A stretch of DNA of 62,537 bases from Pseudomonas phage vB_PaeM_USP_25: sequence record MT491208.1; one strand, given 5' to 3'. The notes under the pieces are model-generated. The model was not told where the DNA came from. It saw nothing but the letters and a program-made list of their open reading frames with translations, and ran no database searches. The position numbers and the translations under genes are program-made. Shown here in pieces: positions 27,327-40,100 of this stretch. Positions within the stretch are counted from its first letter, which is position 1. Every line of letters starts with the position of its first letter.

Positions 27327-28132
27327 ACGGGCAGGCATTCCAGCCAACCGGCGTACAGCGCAGCGCGCAGAACGAGCAGGCGGTACAGAACCTGATGGCG
27401 CGCACGCCCGAGCTAGGCAGCGGTACACCGCCCGCAGCGGCCGGCTTCAATCCTGGCGGCTCCCGCGTCTCCGTGATCGGCGACAGCGGGCGTATGGAGG
27501 ATCAGCAGCGCCGCGCCTTTGCCGCCGCCAGCACGGCCCACCGGGGAGCGCAGAACGGGCAGCTGACCGCCGCTCAGATCAACGCCATGCGCGGCCTAAT
27601 CAGCGACGAGCGCAGTGATCGCACATCGCGGGCCAACACCGAGGCGAACAATGCGGCATCGCTCCAGCGGGAAGCCATGAGCCAGGCTGGCGCCAGCAGC
27701 CGCGCAGCACTTCAGGAAGGCAGCCAGAACGCTCGATTCTCGGCCAGCAACCAGCTCGACCAGCGCCGACTGGCCGGCGAGGAAGAGGCGCGCGGCTTCA
27801 CCGCCCGCCAGGCGCAGCGTATCGAAAAGCTCTACGACCAATACGACCAGGCCAAGCCGGAAGATCGCAGCGCCATCGCGCAGCAGATCCGCGAGCTAAG
27901 CGGTGGCCAGCAGCAGAACCGCTTCACCGTCGTACCTGGTGGCCAGGAGATCGACCCGACCACGCAGCAGCTCGTCACCCGTCCGGCCATGGTGCTCAAC
28001 AACCAGACCGGCGAGTTCGTGCAGCAGCAGGGCGCCACCGGCCCGCAGGCGCCACGCCCCGGCGAAACCCGAGGCGGCTACCGATTCAAGGGCGGAAACC
28101 CCGCCGATCAGAACAACTGGGAGAAGATTTAA
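27146..28132 (+). CDS. virion protein, 3' ORF of a probable frameshifted pair (Gln/Asn-rich)
   Basis: high-GC3 frame beginning inside the upstream ORF at a G5 run; ends with ATGTCC overlap into the giant gene. Confidence 0.45.
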   Translation: MPAAQAATQPPSTPTAAPAAAPANAAAMPGGDLPSEPRANDITRVGNSFSGTNIGPGFTVNGQAFQPTGVQRSAQNEQAVQNLMARTPELGSGTPPAAAGFNPGGSRVSVIGDSGRMEDQQRRAFAAASTAHRGAQNGQLTAAQINAMRGLISDERSDRTSRANTEANNAASLQREAMSQAGASSRAALQEGSQNARFSASNQLDQRRLAGEEEARGFTARQAQRIEKLYDQYDQAKPEDRSAIAQQIRELSGGQQQNRFTVVPGGQEIDPTTQQLVTRPAMVLNNQTGEFVQQQGATGPQAPRPGETRGGYRFKGGNPADQNNWEKI

Positions 28133-31100
28133 TGTCCGATCAGAAGCCGTGGGAATCGTTCCAGGATCAAGGCGCGACAGCGGACAGCGATCAAAAGCCA
28201 TGGGAATCGTTCGGTGGTGAAACCAAGCCGGAAGGCAAGGGCGTACTCGGGCATGTGCGCGACCTGGGTCTGTCGGCAGCCAAGTCGGTTATCGCCGTAC
28301 CGGAAACGGCGGTCGGTCTTCTCGACATCCCTACAGGTGGTCGTGTCGGCAAGTTCCTGGAGAACGAGGACGGCATGGTCGGCTTCCGCCCGAGGCAGGC
28401 CAAGGAATACCTCAGCGACCTGCACACCGACCAGTACAAGGCGCAGCAGCAGCAGTTCCAGGAGGCTGAAGGCGTTCTGGACAAGACCGGCGTAGCGCTG
28501 TCGAACCCGTCACTGATCGCCAATACCGTCACCGAATCCATCGCTCCGATGCTCTCCGGTGGTGTTGCGGCGCGCGGCATCCTGGCCACCACAAAGCTGG
28601 GCCAGATGGGCGTCAAGGGTGCCGCTACAGCGGGCGCCCTGGGTGAGGGCGCGGTGATGGCTGGCGCTCAAGCCGAAGCGATCCGCCAGGAAACCGATGA
28701 CGGCCTGCTGACTCCCGGCCAGTCCGGCGCTGCCGTTGCCACTGGCGCGCTGGGTTCCGTGTTCGGCTATGCCGGTGGCCGCCTGGCGCAGAAGCTGGGC
28801 ATCGGCGACGTGGACACCATGCTTGCGCGCGGCATCACCCCGGACCAAGTGGCCGCCGACCTGGCCACTGCGCCGGCCAAGAGCATCCCGCGCCAGGTGA
28901 TTGAGGGCGCCATATCCGAAGGCTTCTTCGAGGAACTGCCGCAGTCCGTCTCCGAGCAGATCATCCAGAACCTTGCGCTCGACAAGGAGTGGTCCGAGGG
29001 CGTAGACGAGGCAATCGTCATGGGCACGCTCGCCGGTATGGCGATGGGCGGCCCCGCTGCGGGCTTCTCGGCATTGACGCGCCCCGCGCCAGCGGCCGGA
29101 GACGCTGAGGCACCCGCTGCTGACGCTACGTTCGAGGGCACCCCAGAGGCACCAGGCCCGATTCCAGCGCTGCCGGCGCCGGTCTACGAGGCTGGTCCCG
29201 ACGGCACGATTCGCACCACCGACGACATGAACGCGGCCAATCAAGCCGCGCGCCAGGCCGAAGCCGACCGCCTGAGCCGTATTGCTCGCGGTGAAGTCAC
29301 CGACGTGACGCCCATTCCGGCAGCGCCTCTGCCATCCGAGCAGATGGGCCTCAACCCCGACGCCGGCCCGATGTCCACCGCCGCCGCGCTGGCCGTCGAT
29401 AGCGGCGCATCGCAGCAGCTCGCCGGCCAGGCCGCTTTACAGCAGGCCGCCGAGATCGCTCAGCAGCAGGCCAAGGGCAAGGGACCGCAGCCGCGCCAGG
29501 GCGAGCTGATCGACAACGAAACCGGCGAGATCATCACCACTGCGCAGGCCGAGCCGGTAGACCGCGCCGCCGAGCTGAAGGAGCGCATCAACTACATCCG
29601 CAATCAGGCCAGGGCGTCCGGCTGGGACCGCCACCTGGTCGAGGCGCGCGAAGCGGCAGAGGCCGAGCTTGCCAGGCTGCAACCGCAAGCCAAGGCCGAG
29701 GACGCCGCCAGGCAGGTGCTCGCGACGGGTGGAACGGAGGCAGACGCCACGCGCGCCGCCACCGATTCGCTGATCGGTGACATGGAGAAGACGCCAGGGA
29801 TCAGCATTGCCCAAGACGCCCCGGCAGCGGTGGCAGCGGCCAAGCAGGAGCCGAAGGCGCCGACGACCGTGCAGGAAGGTATCGAGCAGGTTCGCGCCGA
29901 GAAGGCGGAAACCCCGGCAGCTCCTGCCGATATCAAGACGGTGATCGCCAAGCAGATCCCGCAGATGACCGACGCCGAGCTGCAACAGGCGGTCGCCCAC
30001 TACGGCCCCGAGCACAAGCGCACCGCGAAGCTGAACAAAGAACTGGCCAAGCGTGGCGTACAGCCTTCCCAGCAACCGACGGAGATTGTCGATGGCGAGC
30101 AAGCCCCTCAAGCCCAGCAAGCAGGCACGCAACGAGCGCAAACGCCTGGAGCGGCAGCGCAAGCACAACCCGCAACCGCCGACCCCGCAGCCGGCCCAGT
30201 AGGCCCGGCTTCCCGCTGGGACGCGATGACCCCGGCAGAGCGCCAGGCCGTTGCTGAGAAGGCAGGCGTCAAGCCGGTATTCGCCAAGAACCTGCCGAAC
30301 GCCGGATGGGATCGCATTGGCGCGTCCGTTCGCGCGAAGCTGTCCGAGGCCATGGACCCTGAATTGACCGCTTCGCTTGCCGAATCGAAAGCGGGCGCTC
30401 AGGAACTTGCGGCGAGGGCTGCCGCGTATGAGGCATCGAAGGCGCCGAAGATTGAAGGCCGCGACATCGGCGACGGCTGGGCAGAGTTCGCCAAGGAGTC
30501 CGGCACCATCAGCGTGCCGCGTGCCGAAATGCCGCAGATCAAGGCCGAGCACCGTGGCGCAATGGTCAACTTCCTGAACGCCCGAGGCATCGCGCACCAG
30601 GAGGAAACCGTACCAGCTGCCAGCCTCAAGCCGACGCAGGCTGAGTTCTCCCGCGAGAAGGTGGCCAAGGCCAAGGCGTTCGAGGGCGGCAACCGCTCCA
30701 TTCTCGTGTCGTCCGATGGGCATGTGCTCGACGGGCATCATCAGTGGATGGCCAGTCGCGAGAAGGGCGAGGACGTGAAGGTCATTCGCCTGGACGCGCC
30801 GATCCGCGACCTGGTACAAGCCGCGCACGAGTTCCCCAGCTCAACCACTGACCAGGCATCAGGCGGCGCTACGCAAACCACCACCGGGCCATCCACCAGC
30901 CAAGCGGTAAACGACTTCATTGAAGGTCGCCGCGCTGATGCGCCCACCGTGCAAGAGGTTGAGCGCGAGCAGGCGCCAGCCGACGCCGACCCCATTGGGC
31001 GTGAGATCGAGAAGGCCAAGCAGCGCTACATGCGCGTTCGCCGCGAGGGCGACCAGACCAAGACCCTGGCCGCCGAGACTCGCCTGCGCAAGATGCGGAC

Positions 31101-34100
31101 GGCTGCCATTCAAGCAGACGACTGGATCGAGGCCGCGCTCGCTGGCGATCAAAGCGCGATTGCCAAGCTGGAAGAAGCCGGCTTTGCCGATACTGCCGAC
31201 GCAGTGCGCGAGCAGACCGCACAGCCTTCTACTCAGGAAGCACCGCAGGCAGCGGCAGCACCCGAAGCTGAAACCAAGGCCAAGGACGCCGACCGCTTCG
31301 CCGGCAACAAGATATTCACCGCCGACGCGGTGGCCGCTGCGCGTGCGCGCATGAAGTCCAAGCTGGGCCAGCTCAACAGCGGCATTGATCCCGAGCTGAT
31401 GATGGACGGAATGACCATCGCGGGCGCGTACATCGAATCGGGCGTGCGCGACTTTGCGCAGTACGCCGCGATGATGTCCGAGGACTTCGGCGACAAGATC
31501 AAGCCGTACCTGCTGAGCTTTTGGGAGGCCGCGCGCAACTATCCCGGCGTGGACAAGGACGGCATGACCAGCGCCGAGGAATCGGCGCGCCTGCATGCTG
31601 ATCTTCTGCGCCCTGTCATTCAAGCGGCCAAGGCGTCTACCGGCGTGCGCCAGGCTGCCAAGGAGGCAGGCATAGCCATGGCGGGCACGATCCACGACTG
31701 GAGTAGCAAGGCGTCGGGCCAGGCCAAGGTCAAGAAGGCTGTCGTGGATTCCCTGCTGAGTGAAAACGGCCTGCCAGAGAATGAGATTGACGGCGTTATG
31801 CCGCTGGCCGATGAAATCTATGCCGAGATACGCGGCCTGGGTGACAGTGCGCCAGCCATCGGCACCGTGGCCGAGAAGCCCAAGGCTCGCACCAGGAAGA
31901 CCGGCGCCAGGGGCGACATGGTGCTGACGCAGGACTGGGGCGTCGAGCACATCGACGGCTACGGCGATAGCGCCCGCGAAACCGGCAACGACACCAAGGA
32001 CGCCTTCCTCAAGGAAGCGCGCAACTACCTGAACGCGGTAGCCGATGCCCTGCGCGCCTTCGGCTTCGAGCCGCACCTGGACCGCAAGGGCAAGCCAGAA
32101 AAGCCGGTGAGCGTGAACGAGGGTGGACCCGCTGGCAGCGGTGACGTTTCCCTGGTCATGCGGAACGAAGACAACGGCAATAACGTCTACATCACCATCG
32201 GCGACACAGCGCTGCGTGGCGTTGTGCCGAGCACGCCGAGCGGTATTGCGCTAATGTATCGAGTAGGGCCGGGAACCGACCGCTACGCTGCCAAGGCCGG
32301 CAACACCTGGGGGCCGGTCGATCTGTCCGCAAACGACCTGGCCGCGCTGGTGAATAGCCGTGTTCGCCCCGCACAAGAGAATGAGGTTCGCGATGAACAA
32401 CCTGCAAATGGCGCTCAAGATCAAGGCCGAGCGCAAGAAGTACGAGGCGGAAGAGGTGATTCACAACCGGGAACTGCACCAGCGGATTCTGGAGACGTGG
32501 CGCCGCGACAGCCCGCAGATGGCGGCCAGACTGGAGAAGCAGGGGCTTCTGGACGATCTGGCGTTCGTCAGCCAGGAGCGAATGTGGCGAGCGGCGAAGG
32601 CGTACCGCAAGGGCGGTCTTCCGGTGACGGACGCCAGGGAGCAGGCCGAGCGGGAGCATCTGATGCTGGAACCCGAGCAGGCCGAGCCGATGGAGCCTCG
32701 GATGCCGCAGGAAGCCGAAGCGGCGATGCTGCCACCCAGCCGCTAACCTCCCCAGCCGGCACGGCGGCGCAGGCCCGCGACCTGCACATTGAAAACCCGC
32801 TCGACATCGTAGGCGGCACGCCGGTTCAGCGCTTCAACCGCAACCGCGCGGCGCTCGAACTGCTGCAAACCCTGCAAGAGGAAGGCCGCCAGGCCAATGC
32901 CGACGAGCAGAAGGTGCTTGCCGGTTACATCGGCTGGGGTTCGTTCGGGCAGGAGCTGTTCCAGGGCACCTGGGAGCGCCCTGTTTACAAGGACGAGGGG
33001 GTCTGGAAGGAGCGCGGCGAGTGGCTGCGCGACACCCTGGGTGAATCCGCCTGGAAGTCCGCCCAGCGTTCGATCACCAACGCCCACTACACCGACCCGC
33101 CCACCGTCATGGCCATGTGGGACATGGTGCGGCGTATGGGTTTCGAGGGCGGCAAGGTGCTGGAGCCATCCATGGGTACCGGCAACTTCTACAGCATGAT
33201 GCCGGCCGACCTGAAAGCACGCAGCCAATTGACCGGCATCGAGCTGGACGAGACAACCGGCGAGATCGCCAAGCAGCTGTTCCCGCAGTCGAACGTGCGG
33301 ATCATGGGCTATCAGGATTCCAAGACGCCCGACGGCTTCTATGACCTGATCATCGGCAACTGGCCTTTCGAGAACACCCCTGTAGCGGATCGCCGCTACA
33401 ACAAGCTGAACCCGATGCTCCATGACTACTTCTTCCTGAAGACCATGGACCAGGTTCGCCCCGGTGGGATCGTGATCGGCATTACCTCTGCCGGCTCGAT
33501 GGACAAGCAGAACACCGCGATCCGCCGCGAGCTGGCTAAGCAGTCCGAGCTGGTCGCCTCGATCCGGCTGCCGTCCGGCGCGTTCGAGGAATACGCCGGG
33601 ACCAAAGTCGTCACCGATATCGTGATTCTGCGCAAGCGCCCGCAGCGTCTGGTTGCCGTGCCAAACGACGCCACCTGGGTGGAAACCGGCGAGTACCAGA
33701 CCCCTTCCGGGCAGTCGGTCAGGGTAAACCGTCACTACATCGACAACCCGCAGCACGTCATCGGCACCCTGGATCACGGCCACGGCACCACCACGTTCCG
33801 CGCGGGGATGATCGTGCATCGCCCGGAGAACATGGCCGAGCGCCTGCGACAGGCCGTTGAGCTGGTGCCGCAGGACATCATGACCCCACGCGCCAACACC
33901 GACCACCTGACCTACTACGCCAACGAAACCGGCGAGCGCCACGGCGCCCTGGCCGTTGTCAACGGAAAGCTGATGGTGGCGATGGGCGACCAGCTGGTCG
34001 AAGCCAACGAGAAATCGAAGTACGCGCTCAAGGATGCCAAGAAGACCGCTGATCGCGAGCAGCAGCTGACGGCGGCCGTGGAGCTGCGCAAGCGGCATAC

Positions 34101-37100
34101 CGCACTGGTCGATGCCGAGCGCGCTGGGCATGACGGCAAGGCGGCCCGAAAGGCGCTGCGCGACGCATACCAGGCATTCACCAAGGCGCACGGCCCGCTG
34201 CGTGACTCGTTCGCGATGACTTACCTGGAACGGATCGAAGACCCGTTCTTTGCCGAGCTGGCGGCGCTGGAGAACGATGACGGCACGCCTGCTGCGGTCA
34301 TGCAGCGCAGCACGACGCGCGGCAAGCGAATCATTGAGAACCCTGGCGTGCGCGACGCCTACGTGCTGGCGCGCAACCAGTCGGTCAACCCGAGCCTGGC
34401 TGAGGTGGCGCGGATCTCCGGCAAGCCCGAGCAGGACGTTAAAGCGGAACTTCTCGATAGCGGCGCAGTATTCGAGGCGCCCAATGGCGACATCGTGCCT
34501 TCGGACATCTACCTGTCCGGGAATGTGCGCGAGAAGATGCGCGAAGCCGAGGCGGCGCTGGCGATGGGCAACCAGGCCATGAGCGTGAACATTCAGGCGC
34601 TCAAGGATGTAATGCCGGAGGACGTGCCGTACTTCAACATCGAGACGAAACTGGGCGCGACCTGGGTTCCGAATGATGCCTACAAGCAGTTCGTCGCGCA
34701 CATGCTGGCGCGGGAGAGCACAGACGGGATCGAGGTGTCTTTCCGCTCCGGCCGCTGGAAAGTCAGGGTCAGTACCGCGCTGAACAATTCGCGCGAGGCG
34801 CAAGCTAACTACGGTAGCGCGCACGTTTCCTTCGGGCGGCTGGTACAGGCCGCGATGAGCAACCAGGTGCTGCGCCTGACCTCCAAGGATCGCGACGGCA
34901 ACGATGTGTACGACGCGGAGAAGACCGAGGAAGCCAACGCGCGGATCGCCAAGATGCGCGAGGACTTCGGCACCTGGCTGTGGAGCGACCCGGAGCGCCG
35001 GCAAGACCTTGAGCGCGAGTACAACGAGACCCGAAACGCATGGGCAACGCCGAAGTATGACGGCTCGTTCCTGACCTTTGAGGGCATGGCGCTGACCCTG
35101 GGCAAGGGTGAGTTCAATCTGCGCCAGCACCAGGTCAATGCGATCTGGCGCGCCATCGTCAACCGTCGCAGCCTCAACGCGCACGAAGTCGGCACCGGCA
35201 AGACCTTCACCATGGGCGGCATCGCCGTGGAGTCACGCCGCTACGGCATCGCCAAGAAGCCGGTGATCCTGGCGCACAACGCCAACAGCGCCACCGTGGC
35301 CGCTGAGATCCGCATGATGTACCCGTCTGCCCGCGTCCTGTACGTGGACAACCTGCAACCGAAGAACCGCGACATCCGCCTGCGCCAGATTGCGAATGAC
35401 GACTGGGACGCCATCGTGATCCCACACTCTCTGATTGATCGCCTGGCGCTGCGCGAGGAAACCCTGATGCAGATGGCGGCGGACGACATCGCCGCCCTGG
35501 AGGCTGAGTTCTACGACGCTGCCGCCGAGGATGGGGTGGACGTGTCGAAGGTGGATCTCGATGACGACGAGTCGATAGGCAAGGTGCGCTCCGTCACCGC
35601 TAAGGAGCTGGCCAAGGCGCGCAAGCGCATCATCGAGAACATCAAGAAGCAGGCGCAGCAGGCGAGCAAGGAGGGGGCCGTCACCTTCGAGGATCTGGGT
35701 ATCGACATGATCCTGGTCGATGAGGCGCACGAGTTCAAGAAGCCGCCCATCGTCACCCGCATGCAGATGAAGGGACTCAACACGCAGGTATCTGGGCGCT
35801 CCATCGCCTTGCAGTTCCTGACGCGCTACGTGCGGCAGATGAACAACGGCGGCAACGTCCACACCTTCACCGGCACACCGATTACCAACACCATCACCGA
35901 GATCTATCACCAGATGCGCTACGTGATGGAATCGGAAATGGAGCAGGCCAACGTCTCCGACTGGGACGGCTGGTTCGGCTCCTTCGCCACCGAGGTTCAG
36001 GACGTGGAACTGTCAGCGGCCGGCGACTATGAAATGGTCACCCGTCTGGCTGGGTTCGTGAACGTGCCCGAGCTGCGGCAGATGGTCGGGCAGTACATGG
36101 ATACCGTGTTCGCCGACGATATGCCGGAAATGCAGCCGCGCAAAGTCAACGGCAAGCAGATGGGCGACGAGCTGACCGAGGCCGAGCGCGGCCAGCTGCT
36201 GAACGGGCGTACCGAGGGCGCCATGGATCGCCCCTACAAGAAGGTGGTCAACGCCTCGGCCGACATGACCGAGCGCCAGCAGGAGATATTCCGCCAGCTC
36301 CAGCAGTACGCGCAGGACTGGCGCAGTGCCTCCGGTAAGGAGCGGCGCGAGCTGATGCGCTCCGGTGATCCGCGCTCGCCCATCGTCACGGAGGGCATTG
36401 CCACCAAGGCGAGCTTCGACGTGCGCCTGCTGGATGAATCGCTGGCTGGCATGGAAGGCAAGACGCAGGACGACCAGAACAGCAAGGCCAGCCGTGTGGT
36501 CGCCAACACGCTGGAGATTTACAACAGCGACCCGAACGCCAATCAGGTGATCTTTGCTGAAATGGGTTTCAGCAAGACCGTGCGCCGCACGCGCACCGAT
36601 GCCAACGGGGACAAGACCACCACCACGCACAAGGTCTTCTCCACCATACATGACATTGTGGAACGCCTGGTGCAGGGCGGCATTCCGCGCGAACAGATCG
36701 CCATTGTGGATGGCTCCACCAGCAAGGAACGCCGCAAGGAGATCGCGCAAGCCATGAACGAGAGCCGCATGCGCGTGGTGATCGGCTCGACCGATACCCT
36801 GGGTGTGGGTGTGAACATGCAGCGCAACCTGCGCGCCATGCACCACCTGGATGCACCGTACATGCCGGGCGAGCTGGAGCAGCGCAACGGGCGCGGTCAG
36901 CGTCAGGGCAACCAGTGGAACACCGTTCTGGAGTATCGGTACATGACCGACCGCCTCGACGGTCGTCGCTGGCAGATCCTCGCCGTCAAGCAGCGCTTCA
37001 TCAACGCCTTTATGAAGGCCAACAACGCCGCGCGCGTGATCGAGGGTGAGGCAGCTGCCGACGAGCAGAGCGACATCCTCGAATCCTTCTCCGAGGCTGC

Positions 37101-40100
37101 GGGCGATCCGCGCATTCTCCAGCGGGTCAAGCTCCAGAAGAAGCTGGAGAGCTTGCAGCGCAAGGAGCGCATGTACACGCAGGGCATCGCCGACATGCGC
37201 CGCCAGGCCCGCAACAGCAGCCAGGAGGCTGAGCGCCTGACCAAGGCGATTGAGAAGATCGAGCGCGAGGGGACGCTGGAAAGCATCGCCGGACTGATCA
37301 GCGCCCAGCAGCAGGCGTTTACCGCCACCATTGACGGCGCGACCTACGACAACCGCAAGGACGCCGCCGAGGCACTGCAAGCCTACGTCGAGGCGGAAAT
37401 GCGCGTGGGCGACAAGCCGCGCGATATCGGCACCTATGGCGACCAGGTGCTCAGCATCGAGTGGATGGGCTTCTCCGATTCGCCCACCACCACCATCAAG
37501 GCATTCGGCCAGCAGTTCGCCGGCAAGGGCATTGCGGGCGCCGAAGCCAAGATGCGCAACTACCCGAAGGTAGTGCAGGGCGATATCGAGCAGCGCAACG
37601 CCGCACTGGCCACCGCCGAGAATATGCGCGCCGCGATGCAACAGCCGTTCGGCCAGTCGGCCGACCTGGAGCGCGTAGCCAAGCAGCTGGACGACCTGGA
37701 GAAAGACCTGTCGCTCAACCCGGTGCCGCCGCCTGCCTGGCTACGCCAAGGGGCGCCCATCGACTCCGAGGTATTCCGCAGCAAGAAGCCGTACATCGTC
37801 ACCGGCCACCGCTACAGCAATGACGGCTGGTTCGTGATCGCCGAGGACGCCAAGGGCACAACCCTGATTCCGTACCTGGAAGCCACCGATAACGTCGGCA
37901 TGCCGCTGTACGACGAGCGCGAGTTCGTGGCGCCGGAAGTGGTAGCCAAGGGCGATGGCGCTTTGACTGAAGCCGACCGAGTGCCGGATCAGCCGAAATT
38001 CTCGTTCGCCGGTCGCGGTGCGCTGGGTGCCGATCTGCTGGCGCTGTCCACCGCGCAGCGCCGCATTGGCGCCGGGGAAGACGCTGAAACCGTCCGCCAG
38101 GAAACCGGCTGGCACCGTGGCGCCGATGGCAAATGGCGCTTCGAGATCAACGACAGCCAGGCCGACATCGCGGTTTCCGGCCGCACGGCAGGTGAGATCA
38201 TCGACATGGCGCACCTGGGCGCGCTGACCGATGGCCGCCAGCGCACCACCGTCGGCGACGTGCTGGACCACCCGCAACTGTTCGCCGCCTATCCGCGTCT
38301 GGCTGGCATCCCGATCAGCGTGACCCCGGAAGGCGTGACCGCACAGGCGCGACTGCGCCGCCTGGCCACCGGCTTCAAGATCGAGGTGCGCGCCGACATG
38401 CCGCGTGACCGCATGGCCTCGGCGCTGGTGCATGAGTTGCAGCACGGCATCCAGCTCGCCGAGCAGTTCGCCATAGGCGGTTCCAAGCAGGCGCTTATCA
38501 GCGACATGGACAAGACCGGCGCGGCAACCTACCGGCGCTTGGCCGGCGAGGTGGAGGCGCGCAACGCACAAACCCGCCTGCGCATGACCGACAAGATGCG
38601 CCGCGATATCGCCCCGGAGCTGACCGCCGACACGCCGGCCAGTGAGGTACTGGTGACGTTCAACGGCCGCGACATCGTGAACAGCCAGCCGCAGAACGCC
38701 ACCCGTCCAGCGATGACTGCCAAGAGCCTGGTGCGCGCCTTCGACGTGCAGTTCCCGAAACTCACCCCCGCACTGCGCAAGATGCTGGAGCGAGGCAAGG
38801 CTGGCCAGCGCGGCGGCGTGGTGGTGCTCGACAGCGCCGACCCGCTGCGCATCGCGCACGAGTTCGCCAGGAAGACCCGCACCGGCTTCCATGACGCGGT
38901 ACAGCTATTCTCCGAAGGCGGCCGGATCTACGCCTTCTATGACCCGAAGTCTGGCCTGACCTTCATGGTGGGGCCGAACCTGGACGCGGTGACGGCGCCG
39001 GCTGTGCTCTTGCACGAAATGACCCACGGCCAGCAGCGCAAGCGGCTCGACCAGGTAGCCATGGCCATGCTGACCAACCGTCGCAAGACCCGGAACGCCG
39101 ACCTTCGCGCCTTCCTGGACCGAGTGGCGGCGCGCATGGTGGACGCGGGCGAGACGGCCAACGCCGAAGAAGCGGCCGCCTACATCGTCGAGCAGGCTGT
39201 CATGGAAGGCCGCAGCCAAGGGTTTGCCGTGGCTGATAGCCGGTTCCTGAGCTGGGTAGACCAGACCATCGGCAAGCCGGTGGGCGATTTCCTGCGCAGC
39301 TTCCTGGGCATGGTTCGTAGTTGGATGCTGCGCAACGGTATGCCGGTGGGCGAAATCACCGTTGACGACCTGGTGGGCTACGCCATGGTGGGCATGGAGC
39401 GCGCCGCAGCGGGTCGCGTGGATGGTGGGAGCACGCTATTCAGTCGTGATGCCATCACCAACAGCGCAGCATTCAAGCGCTGGTTCGGTGACAGCAAGGT
39501 GGTGGATGCCGATGGCAAGCCGCTTGTTGTGTATCACGGCACCAGTGACGGCGGATTCACCGTGTTCGACAGTCGTGCTGCAAGCGACAGCGATGCAAGC
39601 CAGAACGCAGGCGATGCTGGTCTTGGATTCTTCTTCACCGAAGATAGGGCGCTTGCTGAACAACACCGAGATCGCCTTGACGGGGATCGGCCTTCCTGGG
39701 CGACTGCCAATAAGGAGGTATATGCCGTTTACTTGAGCCTGCAAAACCCGTTCGTTACGTCCGGCAACGTGACAGCAGAGCGGCGCGCAGAGCTTGAGAC
39801 GCAAGGCCACGATGGCGTGATCTATGACTTCGGTAGCTGGAAGGAATACGTCGCCTTCCGCCCCGAGCAGATCAAGTCCGCCATCGGCAACAGCGGCGAC
39901 TTCGATCCGGCAAACCGGGACATCCGTTTCAGCCGCTCCGGCGTCAAGGCTCTGGCCGACCGTGCAGCGCTGGAGCTGAACAACACATTCACCGCTCCCG
40001 GAAAACTGCACTGGTGGCACAAGACCATCGGCACCATGTACAACCTGGCCGAGCGCTCGCCGTTCTTCAAGCCGGTATTCGAGTCGGCCCAAGGGTTCAT

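Noticed and set aside
39708-39736. Perfect Shine-Dalgarno (TAAGGAGGT) plus ATG inside the giant gene.
   Set aside because: The downstream frame reaches a stop after 4 codons (MPFT*); coincidental, although the local low GC is noted as a finding.
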